Shown here: positions 1-26,337 of the stretch, one piece after another | Position numbering within the stretch: position 1 is the stretch's first letter | Layout of the letters: every line of letters starts with the position of its first letter | DNA from: Macrostomum lignano | Taxonomy: Eukaryota | Reading direction: 5' to 3' | DNA: 48,647 nucleotides | NCBI GenBank assembly: GCA_002269645.1 | Contig: NIVC01004359.1 | Coordinates: forward strand, 1-48,647 | Notes under the pieces: model-generated | Seen by the model: the letters and a program-made list of their open reading frames with translations, nothing else | Told to the model about the DNA's origin: nothing | Database searches by the model: none | Translations under genes and position numbers: made by a program

Positions 1-660
1 GCGCCCTCTCCAGATAAAGGAGCGCTCTTTTCAAATGAAGTGGCGTCCCCTTCAGATGATGTTGCGATGTGATTCCCCTCAAATGATAAAAATGGCGCCG
101 TCTCAGATAAAAAATGGCGCCGTCTCAGATGAAAATGGTGCCGCCTCAGATGAAAATGGCGCCGCCTCAGATGATGTTGCGCCGTCTCAGATAAAAATGG
201 CGCCGTCTCTCAGATGAAAATGGCGCCGTCTTAGATAAAATGGCGCCGTCTCAGATGAAGTGGCGCCCTCTCAGATAAATGGCGCTCTATTCAAAGAAAG
301 TGGCGTCCCCTCAGATTATAAAAATGGTGCCGCCTCAGATGAAAATGGCGCCGTCTCAGATAAAAATGGTGCCGCCTCAGATGAAAATAGCGCCGCCTCA
401 GATGATGTTGCGCCGTCTGAGATAAAATGGCGCCGTCTCAGATAAAAATGGCGCGTCTCAGATAAAAAATGGCTCCGTCTCAGATAAAAATGGCGCCCGT
501 CTCAGATAAAAAATGGCGCGTCTCAGATGAAAATGGCGCCGCCTCAGATGATGTTGCGCCGTCTCAAATAAAAATGGCGCCGTCTCAGATGAAAATGGCG
601 CCAGTCTCAGATAAAAATGGCGCCGTCTCAGATGAAAATGGCGCCGCCTCAGATGAATCC
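1..660. repeat. ~20-bp minisatellite (AAAAATGGCGCCGTCTCAGAT-like), truncated by the window start
   Basis: Direct tandem periodicity; the short ORFs here are repeat translations. Confidence 0.95.
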
Positions 661-1543
661 TCAAATGAGACCCCTGGCTATACTCGTATTAACACCTGCT
701 GTTTTAAGTTACCATTATTTAAGCATAAGTTAGTTAGATAATTTAAATAACTTTTTTCGGATTTTTATTTAAATCTCCTCTCAAGTTGGCCAACAAGAGC
801 TCGTTGAGTTGACTGTTTAACTGTTTTTTTCAACCAGTTTCCAAATCCAGGCTCCTGCAGGATGCTGCTATGCGTCAGACATTCGGGGACGCTGCGACGC
901 GCATGCAGCTGGTATCGTTATTTTTTCCCAACCCTGCGTCCTCCACCACTTTTTCCTCTCCCCAGCCTCCACTCTCTCTCAGCTGCCCCACTTCCCGAAG
1001 TTCTCTACTGACCTCTCGACTGCGGCGTCAGCCTTACCGTCCCTCTCTCTGTCTGTCTTCATCCTTCCGATTCTGCAGCGCAAGCAATCGAAAGCAGCCG
1101 CGTTGCCTTTTGTATATTTGCACCTTGATTGGTTGGCCCCTCCATCTTGTGTCAGCCCTACAGCAGGCTGTATGCAACAAGTAATCTTCTTCTAAGAGGA
1201 CTGTCCAGCAGGCTTATCCCCCCTCCCCCCGGGGAAAGGCTGTCTCCGCCGTTTCGGGTAGCCAAAAATGGAACCTGCGGAGCGCCACCGCATTCTGTCG
1301 CGAAGCCAAAAACTTTCTCTGATTCGTCACCGCCGCTTTTCTGCTTCTAGTAGCAGAAACTTCTGTACGCGATTGCTTGCGCCCTCTCAGATCTGTATCA
1401 TATCTGAAATCCAAAGACTGCAGTACTTGAGTCTGCGACCGCTTGGAGACAGAGAAGCCACCCTGAGCTGGTCTTGGTGGGTATCCGTGAGTGAAATTCT
1501 ATGCAACATTGGCAAAATTATTGAACAAAAGTTTTCTTTGTAC

Positions 1544-1925
1544 TGATCTGCTTCCAATGCAGCTGTTGTTGATCTGCTTCCAATGCAGTTGTTGATCTGC
1601 TTCCAATGCAGCTGTTGATGATCTGCTTCCAATGCAGCTGTTGATGATCTGCTTCCAATGCAGCTGTTGATGATCTGCTTCCAATGCAGCTGTTGTTGAT
1701 CTGCTCCAATGCAGCTGTTGTTGATCTGCTTCCAATGCAGCTGTTGTTGATCTGCTTCCAATGCAGCTGTTGTTGATCTGCTTCCAATGCAGCTGTTGTT
1801 GATCTGCTTCCAATGCAGCTGTTGTTGATCTGCTTCCAATGCAGCTGTTGATGATCTGCTTCCAATGCAGCTGTTGATGATCTGCTTCCAATGCAGCTGT
1901 TGATGATCTGCTTCCAATGCAGCTG
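1544..1925. repeat. 26-bp minisatellite (GATCTGCTTCCAATGCAGCTGTTG[T/A]T)
   Basis: About 15 near-identical units. Confidence 0.95.
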
Positions 1926-2550
1926 TCCTGTCATCAATAAATTCATTTATTCAAAATTCCTACTAGGCAAGCCAGTTAACAGCTCAACTGTACCAAGTTA
2001 AGTCTGTATTTTTTGTTGCAAAAATCCATCTTGTTACAGAACCTCTTTCAAAATTGACTATTGCTCTTCAAAATTTTACAACTCTTTAAAAATGCCGGTG
2101 CTGTAAAAGCCTTCGCTGATGCGTCCGTCAGACAAAAACGGCAGAAATTTTTTTTAATATGCACGCGCAGTCTTGCATTCTGTCCAGATTCTGGGGCTAG
2201 ATCGGCTGCTGCGATGCCTAGCGTGAGAAATTGCCGAAATTTACACCCGCTCGCCTCTGAAAGCAGAAATTGCTGTGAAAAAGAAAGACGCAGTCAACTC
2301 CTAACCCTACTAAAGACCTTATGCAAGCAAGTTTACAAGCTCAGCTGCAGAAATTATTTCAGTCTAAAGGTCTCTGTTTGGTATTTTTTTTAGAAAAGGA
2401 AACTTCCATTCAAAACCGGCCTTCGATAGAAGCTGCAAACTGCATTCATCTCTCCCAGATCCCCAGAGAATCCACAAACCCAACTCGAACACCTGCTGTA
2501 ACCTGGCTGGAGCTTCGAGTGACGTGGGCAGCTGGAAGCAGCACAGAGGC

Positions 2551-16957
<14,407 letters not shown>

Positions 16958-17764
16958 CCGATTACCATTGTGCTGATGTAACTCGTGCCTGTTTCTCATT
17001 TCTTATTTCTCATTCATCAGTTATGGTGTGCAAATTACTCACGCATGCACTGCAGTAGTTATTGCTCCAAGCATGAGCCTCGCGAGTGACTCTTTTTTAA
17101 ACAAAATAGCAAAGTTTGTTGTGCAAATTGCATTCAACGTAGAAAAGAGTTCGGTTTCAGCTAGTGAAGCCTTTAAAAGCAGTACAAAATAAACCAGAAA
17201 TATGAAACCACACCAGGGTTTGAATCTTCCGATTGCGTTAAACCTCGCGCTATCGCCTAGCTAGCTATTCCACTAGGCGATAGCGATAAAAGTCTATTCC
17301 ACTTTTCAAGGTCAAATTTGACCCGTCAGCCAATGAGAATTGACCAGACGGGGGAATCCCAAACTAGAGCTGGGGTCTTGGGGTTGGTGGGGGTTTCCCT
17401 CTATTTAAGAATGATCAATTCGTTTTGTACGCGATGTATCTGATAGTCCTGCTTCGATTCCGGGTTAAGTTGGTTGCGGCCATAGACTAAAGACAGTCGC
17501 TAAGTCGGTATGAAGTTCGCTTATCGCGCGGCCTTCTGTTGTTTACAACCGTCAGTTAAACCTTGAACAATACAAGACAAAAATAATGTAAGTTTACATT
17601 CTTGTAAAATATTGCTCTATATAGATTTATTTTTGTCCTGAGCTAAGATTAGTGCGATAAACCGAGGCTGAAGTGTTGAACTGTAGTTAAAAATGTACCA
17701 ATTTCCTTTATTCATCAATTTTGTTGCTCCAAGAGGCGCAGCCCCAGGAGTTTTTGTTGGGAGA

Positions 17765-19453
17765 GGGGCTTTAGCACCAAGGGGCTTTAGCACCAAGGGG
17801 CTTTAGCACCAAGGGGCTTTAGCACCAAGGGGCTTTAGCACCAAGGGGCTTTAGCACCAAGGGGCTTTAGCACCAAGGGGCTTTAGCACCAAGGGGCTTT
17901 AGCACCAAGGGGCTTTAGCACCAAGGGGCTTTAGCACCAAGGGGCTTTAGCACCAAGGGGCTTTAGCACCAAGGGGCTTTAGCACCAAGGGGCTTTAGCA
18001 CCAAGGGGCTTTAGCACCAAGGGGCTTTAGCACCAAGGGGCTTTAGCACCAAGGGGCTTTAGCACCAAGGGGCTTTAGCACCAAGGGGCTTTAGCACCAA
18101 GGGGCTTTAGCACCAAGGGGCTTTAGCACCAAGGGGCTTTAGCACCAAGGGGCTTTAGCACCAAGGGGCTTTAGCACCAAGGGGCTTTAGCACCAAGGGG
18201 CTTTAGCACCAAGGGGCTTTAGCACCAAGGGGCTTTAGCACCAAGGGGCTTTAGCACCAAGGGGCTTTAGCACCAAGGGGCTTTAGCACCAAGGGGCTTT
18301 AGCACCAAGGGGCTTTAGCACCAAGGGGCTTTAGCACCAAGGGGCTTTAGCACCAAGGGCTTTAGCACCAAGGGGCTTTAGCACCAAGGGGCTTTAGCAC
18401 CAAGGGGCTTTAGCACCAAGGGGCTTTAGCACCAAGGGGCTTTAGCACCAAGGGGCTTTAGCACCAAGGGGCTTTAGCACCAAGGGGCTTTAGCACCAAG
18501 GGGCTTTAGCACCAAGGGGCTTTAGCACCAAGGGGCTTTAGCACCAAGGGGCTTTAGCACCAAGGGGCGCCAGCACCAAGGGGCTTTAGCACCAAGGGGC
18601 TTTAGCACCAAAGGGGTTTAGCACCAAGGGGCTTTAGCACCAAGGGGCTTTAGCACCAAAGGGGTTTAGCACCAAGGGGCTTTAGCACCAAGGGGCTTTA
18701 GCACCAAGGGGCTTTAGCACCAAGGGGCTTTAGCACCAAGGGGCTTTAGCACCAAGGGGCTTTAGCACCAAGGGGCTTTAGCACCAAGGGGCTTTAGCAC
18801 CAAGGGGCTTTAGCACCAAGGGGCTTTAGCACCAAGGGGCTTTAGCACCAAGGGGCTTTAGCACCAAGGGGCTTTAGCACCAAGGGGCTTTAGCACCAAG
18901 GGGCTTTAGCACCAAGGGGCTTTAGCACCAAGGGGCTTTAGCACCAAGGGGCTTTAGCACCAAGGGGCTTTAGCACCAAGGGGCTTTAGCACCAAGGGGC
19001 TTTAGCACCAAGGGGCGCCAGCACCAAGGGGCGCCAGCACCAAGGGGCGCCAGCACCAAGGGGCGCCAGCACCAAGGGGCGCCAGCACCAAGGGGCGCCA
19101 GCACCAAGGGGCGCCAGCACCAAGGGGCGCCAGCACCAAGGGGCGCCAGCACCAAGGGGCGCCAGCACCAAGGGGCGCCAGCACCAAGGGGCGCCAGCAC
19201 CAAGGGGCGCCAGCACCAAGGGGCGCCAGCACCAAGGGGCTTTAGCACCAAGGGGCGCCAGCACCAAGGGGCTTTAGCACCAAGGGGCTTTAGCACCAAG
19301 GGGCGCCAGCACCAAGGGGCGCCAGCACCAAGGGGCGCCAGCACCAAGGGGCGCCAGCACCAAGGGGCGCCAGCACCAAGGGGCGCCAGCACCAAGGGGC
19401 GCCAGCACCAAGGGGCGCCAGCACCAAGGGGCGCCAGCACCAAGGGGCGCCAG
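17765..19453. repeat. 16-bp minisatellite with two variants (AGCACCAAGGGGCTTT and AGCACCAAGGGGCGCC), about 105 copies
   Basis: Direct inspection; the CTTT variant dominates the left part and the CGCC variant the right part. Confidence 0.98.
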
Positions 19454-20139
19454 CCTGTCTGCCTGACTAAGCCCCTAATCCGACAGTCGCTTCAAGCCAT
19501 ACTTTTTTACTTTCCAATTTCTCCAGCTTCAAAATGCCTAGTGGGCGCGACTTTAATGTTTTGGGCCCCGTAAAGACAGAAGCAGACTGGGAAGAGTCCA
19601 TTATGTAGGAATCAAATTTTTCCTCAGAATCAAGCCACGCCCATTCATGCGATGCAACCCCCGAGAAGCCATGATACTCTTCAATAGCAGTCAATGAGCT
19701 GAGTAAACGCTCCAGTAGTTCGCGGGTTTACGACTTGCAACCTACAGTGGAGAAGGCGCCACGATCTCCGTTGTAAAACAGAGCTGCAGTGCTCCGCTGC
19801 TAGGCTGAATCCAGAAATTACTGGATTCACCCATTGAAAGGGCCATACCACCAACCCGTGCCTCATGGGAATGCGATTATAGCTGCCTCTCTCTCCACTC
19901 AATGTCCCTCTGCTCAAGCTGCTCCTGCAGCCTTGCTAAAGCCAAGGAGCTCGCGGTGCGATAGACTGGAGTTGAAACTCCCTTCCCCAAACCCGACATT
20001 CTGCATTATCTGTTAAGAATTGGTTGAACCAATCTTTGAAAACCACTGTCTTATTTTCAATCCGAATGATTCCATATCGTATATTTGCGTTTTAACAAAA
20101 TTTTGCGTTCTGAAAATAAGTAACATAAGCAACCCTAAG

Positions 20140-21020
20140 GGGCACCAATAGTGTCTGGGTGGGCGCCCCTTGTCTATTGATTAGCGCCTCTATCTCTTAG
20201 TCGGCGCCCCTGTCTCTGAGTCGGCGCCCCTATCTCTGAGTCGGCGCCCCTATCTCTTAGTCGGCGCCCCTATCTCTTAGTCGGCGCCCCTGTCTCTGAG
20301 TCGGCGCCCCTGTCTCTTAGTCGGCGCCCCTGTCTCTTGGTGGGCGCCCCTGTCTCTTAGTGGGCGCCCCAGTCTCTTAGTGGGCTCCCCTGTCTCTGAG
20401 TCGGCGCCCCTGTCTCTTGGTGGGCACCCCTGTCTCTGAGTCGGCGCCCCTGTCTCTTGGTGGGCGCCTCTGTCTCTGAGTCGGCGCCCCTGTCTCTGAG
20501 TCGGCGCCCATGTCTCTGACGGCGCCCCTGTCTCTGAGTCGGCGCCCCTGTCTCTTGGTGGGCGCCCCTGTCTCTTGGTGGGCGCCTCTGTCTCTGAGTC
20601 GGCGCCCCTGTCTCTTGATGGGCGCCTCTGTCTCTGAGTCGGCGCCCCTGTCTCTTGGTGGGCGCCCCTGTCTCTTGGTGGGCGCCTCTGTCTCTGAGTC
20701 GGCGCCCCTGTCTCTTGGTGGGCGCCTCTGTCTCTGAGTCGGCGCCCCTGTCTCTTGGTGGGCGCCCCTGTCTCTTGGTGGGCGCCTCTGTCTCTGAGTC
20801 GGCGCCCCTGTCTCTTGGTGGGCGCCTCTGTCTCTTAGTCGGCGCCCCTGTCTCTTGGTGGGCGCCCCTGTCTCTTAGTCGGCGCCCCTGTCTCTTGGTG
20901 GGCGCCCCTGTCTCTTGGTGGGCGCCCCTGTCTCTTGGTGGGCGCCCCTGTCTCTTGGTGGGCGCCCCTGTCTCTTGGTGGGCGCCCCTGTCTCTTAGTG
21001 GGCGCCCCTGTCTCTTAGTA
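20140..21020. repeat. 20-bp minisatellite (GGCGCCCCTGTCTCTTGGTG / ..CTGAGTC)
   Basis: About 43 units. Confidence 0.96.
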
Positions 21021-21859
21021 GGCGATTATGCTGGGGGCGATCGAGAGAGGATGGGGGGTGAGACGCGACCCCCTTGGCCCCCACCCCTCTGCCTACGCCA
21101 CTGGGCTTTTGTCTCTGCAGAAAATTTTTGAGCCATAAAATTTTACATACAGTAAGAGAAACAGGCTCCTATAGTCCATTGGCTTCGAATGCAATGAATC
21201 TATGCTCTAATACGCCGAATTTATTCAGTTTCATAATGAAACTAAGCATCACAGAAATCGGTTTACGGCATACCCAAATTTATGATTAATTTAGTAAAAG
21301 ATGACGCAGAGAAAGTCGCCCATATTTTGTATGCAAAAATGAAGAGCCGCGCAGTCAGCCTGCACTTGTCTGAAAATGTGGGTTAGGAATCTCGAGGTTT
21401 CTGCTTCCAAGTCTCACCCTGCTCAGCACTCAACCCCACGCAGCTCCCGTCCATTTCTGCGCCTCCATTCTCTCTCTCCCTTTTCCGTCTCCCTCTCCCC
21501 TACCCTCCCCTTTGCCAGCTCAACGTACTCAAAAATTGCCAGCCCAACTCTTGCCTTCAGATCAATTTCTGGAACCTCGCAATACTTCGTTTAAGCTGGA
21601 ATCTCAGGAATCGTGGCCTCGATTCTTTAAAAATTGGGCCACATTATTTGGCCCGAAATCTTCTAGCTTAGCAACTGCAAAAAAGAATTGTAAAAAGGAC
21701 GCCTCGCTCAACACTACCGGGTGAGGAGAAGAGTGTGAGAAATTCAATGCCTGGGTTTTGTGGCTGTTTTATTCACAGTTTGGGTCTATTTTTAGCTGAT
21801 AGAACAAGGGACAAGTTAGGAAATTTGCTGCAGTTGCTGCACCGCTTTCAACACTGACA

Positions 21860-22640
21860 AATTTTTAGAGACCTTAAAAAGACTCTGAGAACCCCTGTGA
21901 AAAGACTTTAGAGACCATTGACAAGACTCTAGAGACTCTAGATTGACAAGACTTTACAGACCCTTGACAGGACTCTAGAGACCCTTGATTGACAAGACTC
22001 TAGAAACCCTTGACAAGACTCTATAAACTCTTGACAAGACTCTAGAAACCCTTGACAAGACTCTATAGAAACCCTTGACAAGACTTTTAAGACCCTTGAC
22101 AAGACTCAAGAGACCTTTGCCAAGACTCCAGAGACCTTTGACAAGACTCTAGAGCAGGGGTTGGCAAACTTCTTACCTCAAGGGCCAGATACTCGTAGAT
22201 AACCCAGTGCATGACTTCGAGCCAGAGGAGGGGAGAGAGGAGAGGGAATTGAGAAGAGAAATAGGAGAAAAAAGAGGAGAAGGAATGAAGAGCGGAGAAG
22301 AGAGGAGAGGAGAGGAGAGAAGAGAAGGAGAGGAGAAAGGAGAGAAGGGAGAGGAGAAAGAAAAGAAGAAGGGAGATGAGAGAAAAGGAGAGGAGAGAAG
22401 ATGAGAAGAGATTTGAGAAGAGACACAAGCATTGAGCGGGCCGGATTGCTATTGTGAAGTTTTAAAAGACCCGAGGGCCGGATAGAGAGGCTTTGCGGGC
22501 CGCGTGTGACCCACGGGCCGGAGTTTTCCAACTCCTGCTCTAGAGACTCTTGACTCGATTCTAGAGACCCTTGAAACGACTCTAACAAAACTCTAGAGAC
22601 CCTTGACAAGGCTCAAGAGATCCTAAAAGGATTTTACGAG
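21860..22640. repeat. ~20-bp minisatellite (CCCTTGACAAGACTCTAGAGA) interrupted by a MITE
   Basis: Units are present on both sides of 22155-22537. Confidence 0.88.
22155..22537. mobile_element. hAT (Charlie/MER58-like) non-autonomous MITE, 383 bp
   Basis: TIRs CAGGGGTTGGCAAACT and AGTTTTCCAACTCCTG; perfect 8-bp TSD CTCTAGAG (22147-22154, 22538-22545) fits the Charlie NTCTAGAN target; GGGCCG subterminal motifs; internal GA-rich tract. Confidence 0.93.
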
Positions 22641-23669
22641 ACCCTGACAACACTGAGACCCAGTCAAATAATTAAAATGCAAATACCTGCTGCAGCAAAT
22701 ACTGAACTAATGAGTCACCGTGCTTCACATGGGTACCATCTTGAATCTTGTATGCCCTGGTATTTCTCGGGCAAAGTTTGCATAGCTCAAATTTCCCGGC
22801 CCTGTATGTATACGCAGCCCCGAAGAATACGTTTGCACTTTTAATGCTCAAGAAACTGCATCTAGTTTTGACGCCAATGAAACCGCTTGCAGTTGGCATT
22901 CAACTACAAACTCTATCTCACTCTTCTCTATCCGCTTTCTCCCTTCTGCTTTTTTCAGCTAAAAAGCGACTGCCAAACTGCAGAAACAGCCAACTGCAAC
23001 AGCCTTTCCGCACTGGAGCATCTTGCAGCATATCGGAAACGAAATCAATATTCATAAAAGCTCCTTTGCCGCAATTCTTTACGTGCTCACCGGTTATAAA
23101 TAGCCAAACCAGAAGATGCAATAACGTCAGCACCAAAGCTTAGAATAGAACAGACGGCCCGTCGTAAATTGGCTTTATCGCGGAATTCTAAGAAGTCGCG
23201 CGGGACTGCGCACGGCTCTCGAGATTAGAACCACTAAGCAGAGGCGTGCGCGCGCAGAGAGCGTCTTCCTTCCGTTTGATCGCACTGCACGCACGCCGCG
23301 ATTTGTCACATTTTGCCACGAGTTCAACCCGATAGCTTTTGGTTCGCGTACACCGTGCGATAGGCCAACCCCCCACCCCCCTACACTGTACTGACAGGCG
23401 GCATTTTCTCTACAAACACAGCGCTGGGTCCACACGAGCGCCGCACGTACGTCGTTCACTGCAGACCTCCACCCTCCCGCGAGGAACCGCCGCATTACAT
23501 ATTAATATAAACACATTTGCGTACCATAAGGCAGCCAAAGGTTCCACAGTGCAACTAAGACGGGTGTTGGCCGGTCCCTAGAGCAGCGATAGCCTGGTTT
23601 CTAAGGATATCTACAAGCTAAGAATATCATTATCAAAGTGTCTACTGACGAGACCCGAGGCGGACAGGC

Positions 23670-24797
23670 ATGGCTCAATACCTCTACGACCTCTTCTGGA
23701 CGGACAGCTTCTGGCTGCCTCAGGGATACACCTGGCAGAGTCTGCAACGACGATCTGATCCGCCGCCAACGGTGTTCAAAGCCTGCTTAGCCGACCTGAA
23801 ATATTCGTTCGCCTGTGCGCTGGTGCTGTTCACCATCCGGCACCTGCTGGACCGGCTGCTGTACCGCCCGCTGGGCTGCTGGCTGGGCCTGACAGATCCG
23901 GCAGTCTATCAGCCGAGAACTCAAGAGGACCGCCGCTTAGAAATGGCTTTCCAGAACGGCAAACGGAGCGGCAAAAGTGTCGATTATCAGGCCCTGTCGC
24001 GCAGCATCGATCGCTCCGAGGTGTTCGTCAGCAACTGGTTCCGGGTTCGGCGCAACCGCGACCGATCCAGCCAGCTCACCAAGTTCACCGAGAGCGCCTG
24101 GCAGATTTCTTTCTACTCCGTCAGCTTCCTCTATGGCGTCGCCATTTTGTGGAACAAGCCCTACCTGTGGAGCACCATCGAAATTTGGCGCGGATGGCCG
24201 GAGCATCACGTGACGTCGGATGTTTACTGGTACTACATGGTGGAGCTCGGCTTTTACTGGACGGCTCTCGTCACCGTGTTTAGCGACACAAAGCGCAAGG
24301 ACTTCAAAGAGATGCTGCTGCACCACTGCATAACCATAGTCCTCATGGTGTTCAGCTGGTCTCTGAACTTCACCCGAATCGGCGCGCTCATCCTTGCCCT
24401 GCACGACGCCGTTGATCCGCTGTTTCACCTGGCCAAAATCGGCAGCTACACAAAACTGCGCTGGCTCAGCGATCCGTCGTTTGTCACCTTTATGACAGTG
24501 TGGTTCGTCACCCGGCTGATTCTGTATCCGTTCCGAATCGTGCTCACCGCACTCACCGAGCTGGAGTCCGAATGTGGCATCAGTCCGGCTCTGCGGGGAC
24601 TTCAGGCCTGCCTGCTGGTGCTGCAGGCGCTCCACGTGATCTGGTCCTACTTCATCGTCAAGGTGGCCTTCAGGGTGGTGTTCAAAGGCAATCGGCAGGA
24701 CTCTAGGTCGGACTCGGAGGAATCTACCGAGGAGTGCTCAGAAACTGTGAAGGCCAATGGCGATAGCACTGTGGACAGCAAAGCTAAGTCAACTTAG
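23670..24797 (+). CDS. CERS: Ceramide synthase (LASS/CerS; homeobox-like and TLC domains), 375 aa, intronless CDS
   Basis: N-terminal FW..FWLP..TW; homeodomain-like NWFRVRRNRDR; Lag1p motif RKDFKEMLLHHCITIVL...GALILALHDAVD; acidic C-terminal DSRSDSEES. Confidence 0.96.
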   Translation: MAQYLYDLFWTDSFWLPQGYTWQSLQRRSDPPPTVFKACLADLKYSFACALVLFTIRHLLDRLLYRPLGCWLGLTDPAVYQPRTQEDRRLEMAFQNGKRSGKSVDYQALSRSIDRSEVFVSNWFRVRRNRDRSSQLTKFTESAWQISFYSVSFLYGVAILWNKPYLWSTIEIWRGWPEHHVTSDVYWYYMVELGFYWTALVTVFSDTKRKDFKEMLLHHCITIVLMVFSWSLNFTRIGALILALHDAVDPLFHLAKIGSYTKLRWLSDPSFVTFMTVWFVTRLILYPFRIVLTALTELESECGISPALRGLQACLLVLQALHVIWSYFIVKVAFRVVFKGNRQDSRSDSEESTEECSETVKANGDSTVDSKAKST

Positions 24798-25784
24798 TTC
24801 CCAGCACTGCAACTGCATGCAATGATTTGTATCTGATTTTAGTTAGACCTATAATGCATCGGCTTTGCAAATGGTATTTCTTAACTTTGTAAACGTTGTC
24901 CTTCCGCTTTGACCTTATTAGCCAGAAGACACCTTTTCTATGCAGTCATTATTTAGTCATATATTTTAATATGGTTCCAGCAGTTTGAAAATCATTACGC
25001 ATATTTCCATATGCCCGCCGGATTCCAGAGATCAAAGCTTTGTCTGGTGCAATCTTTTGCGCAGAGAAAATTATCCAAATCTTTCACTGGCGTCGCTTTT
25101 TGATTATTGAATCATTAAGGACCTTTTGTTGTTTTGATTTGATTGTAAATCGTAATCGTTTTGCATAAAATATTCATGCCAATATCGGTCTAAAATACTA
25201 TTTTTAATTGATGCTAACTTGCTTCGCATCCTGATACGTCTCATTTTTCCTTGATAAAATTCCAAGAAACACAAGAAATGACGTCCATACGGAAGTCATA
25301 CAGACAGTCTACAAACGGACATCAAAATTTCCGTATAGATTTTTGCTATTTTTGTTTGACAGAAAGTCAATTCCAGAGGATCAACTATTCCAGCTTCTTT
25401 AGAGTCGATGAAGAACGACACAGTCTTTTACTCTGGTCAAATAGAAAAGAAACACGGAAGATCCGTGACATTTTGCATGGCTCATGTGACTTGAAATTAA
25501 CTGGAATTAACTGGGTCAGGGCTGAAGGCTTATCGTTGAGATTGCCTTGGATTTTTGCTTCTTTGTATCAGTGCATCGGCGCCTATTTGTGCCACGGCAG
25601 GCCGAAAGAAACTTAGCGAAAGCCACGGCTGACTGAAGAAGGTTTACCTTGCTTGTGCGCATTGCGTCTGATAAAGAAAAAAACCAACCAGAGCGTGATT
25701 AAGACACAGACTGTTGGTCGATGCACCTGCAAGGATGAGGGATCAAAGGAGTATATTTAATTTTAAACGACACATGACTCTGCA

Positions 25785-25812
25785 TTAGTTAGTTAGTTAG
25801 TTAGTTAGTTAT

Positions 25813-25879
<67 letters not shown>

Positions 25880-25952
25880 CGAGTATTTAGTTAGTTGGTC
25901 AGTTAGTTAGTGAGTTAGTAGTTAGTTTGTTAGTTGGTTAGTTAGTTAGTTG

Positions 25953-26006
<54 letters not shown>

Positions 26007-26047
26007 AGTTAGTTTGTTAGTTAGTTCGTTAGTTAGTTAGTTAGTTG

Positions 26048-26083
<36 letters not shown>

Positions 26084-26181
26084 TTTAGTTAGTTGGTCAG
26101 TTAGTTAGTTAGTTAGTTAGTTAGTTATTTAGTTAGTTGGTCAGTTAGTTAGTTAGTTAGTAGTTAGTTTGTTAGTTGGTC

Positions 26182-26242
<61 letters not shown>

Positions 26243-26337
26243 GTTTGTTTGTTTGTTAGTTACGAGTAGTTAGTTATTTATTTATTTAGTTAGTTGGTCA
26301 GTTAGTTAGTTAGTAGTTAGTTTGTTAGTTAGTTCGT
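25785..26337. repeat. (TTAG)n microsatellite
   Basis: Direct inspection. Confidence 0.97.

Noticed and set aside
851-1184. Exon-like segment 851-911 (LLQDAAMRQTFGDAATRMQL) with strong downstream acceptors
   Set aside because: It could be the tail of an upstream gene, but I recognise no homology, cannot fix the frame and cannot see upstream exons.
25785-26337. Interstitial telomeric repeat
   Set aside because: The unit is TTAG, not TTAGGG or TTAGG.
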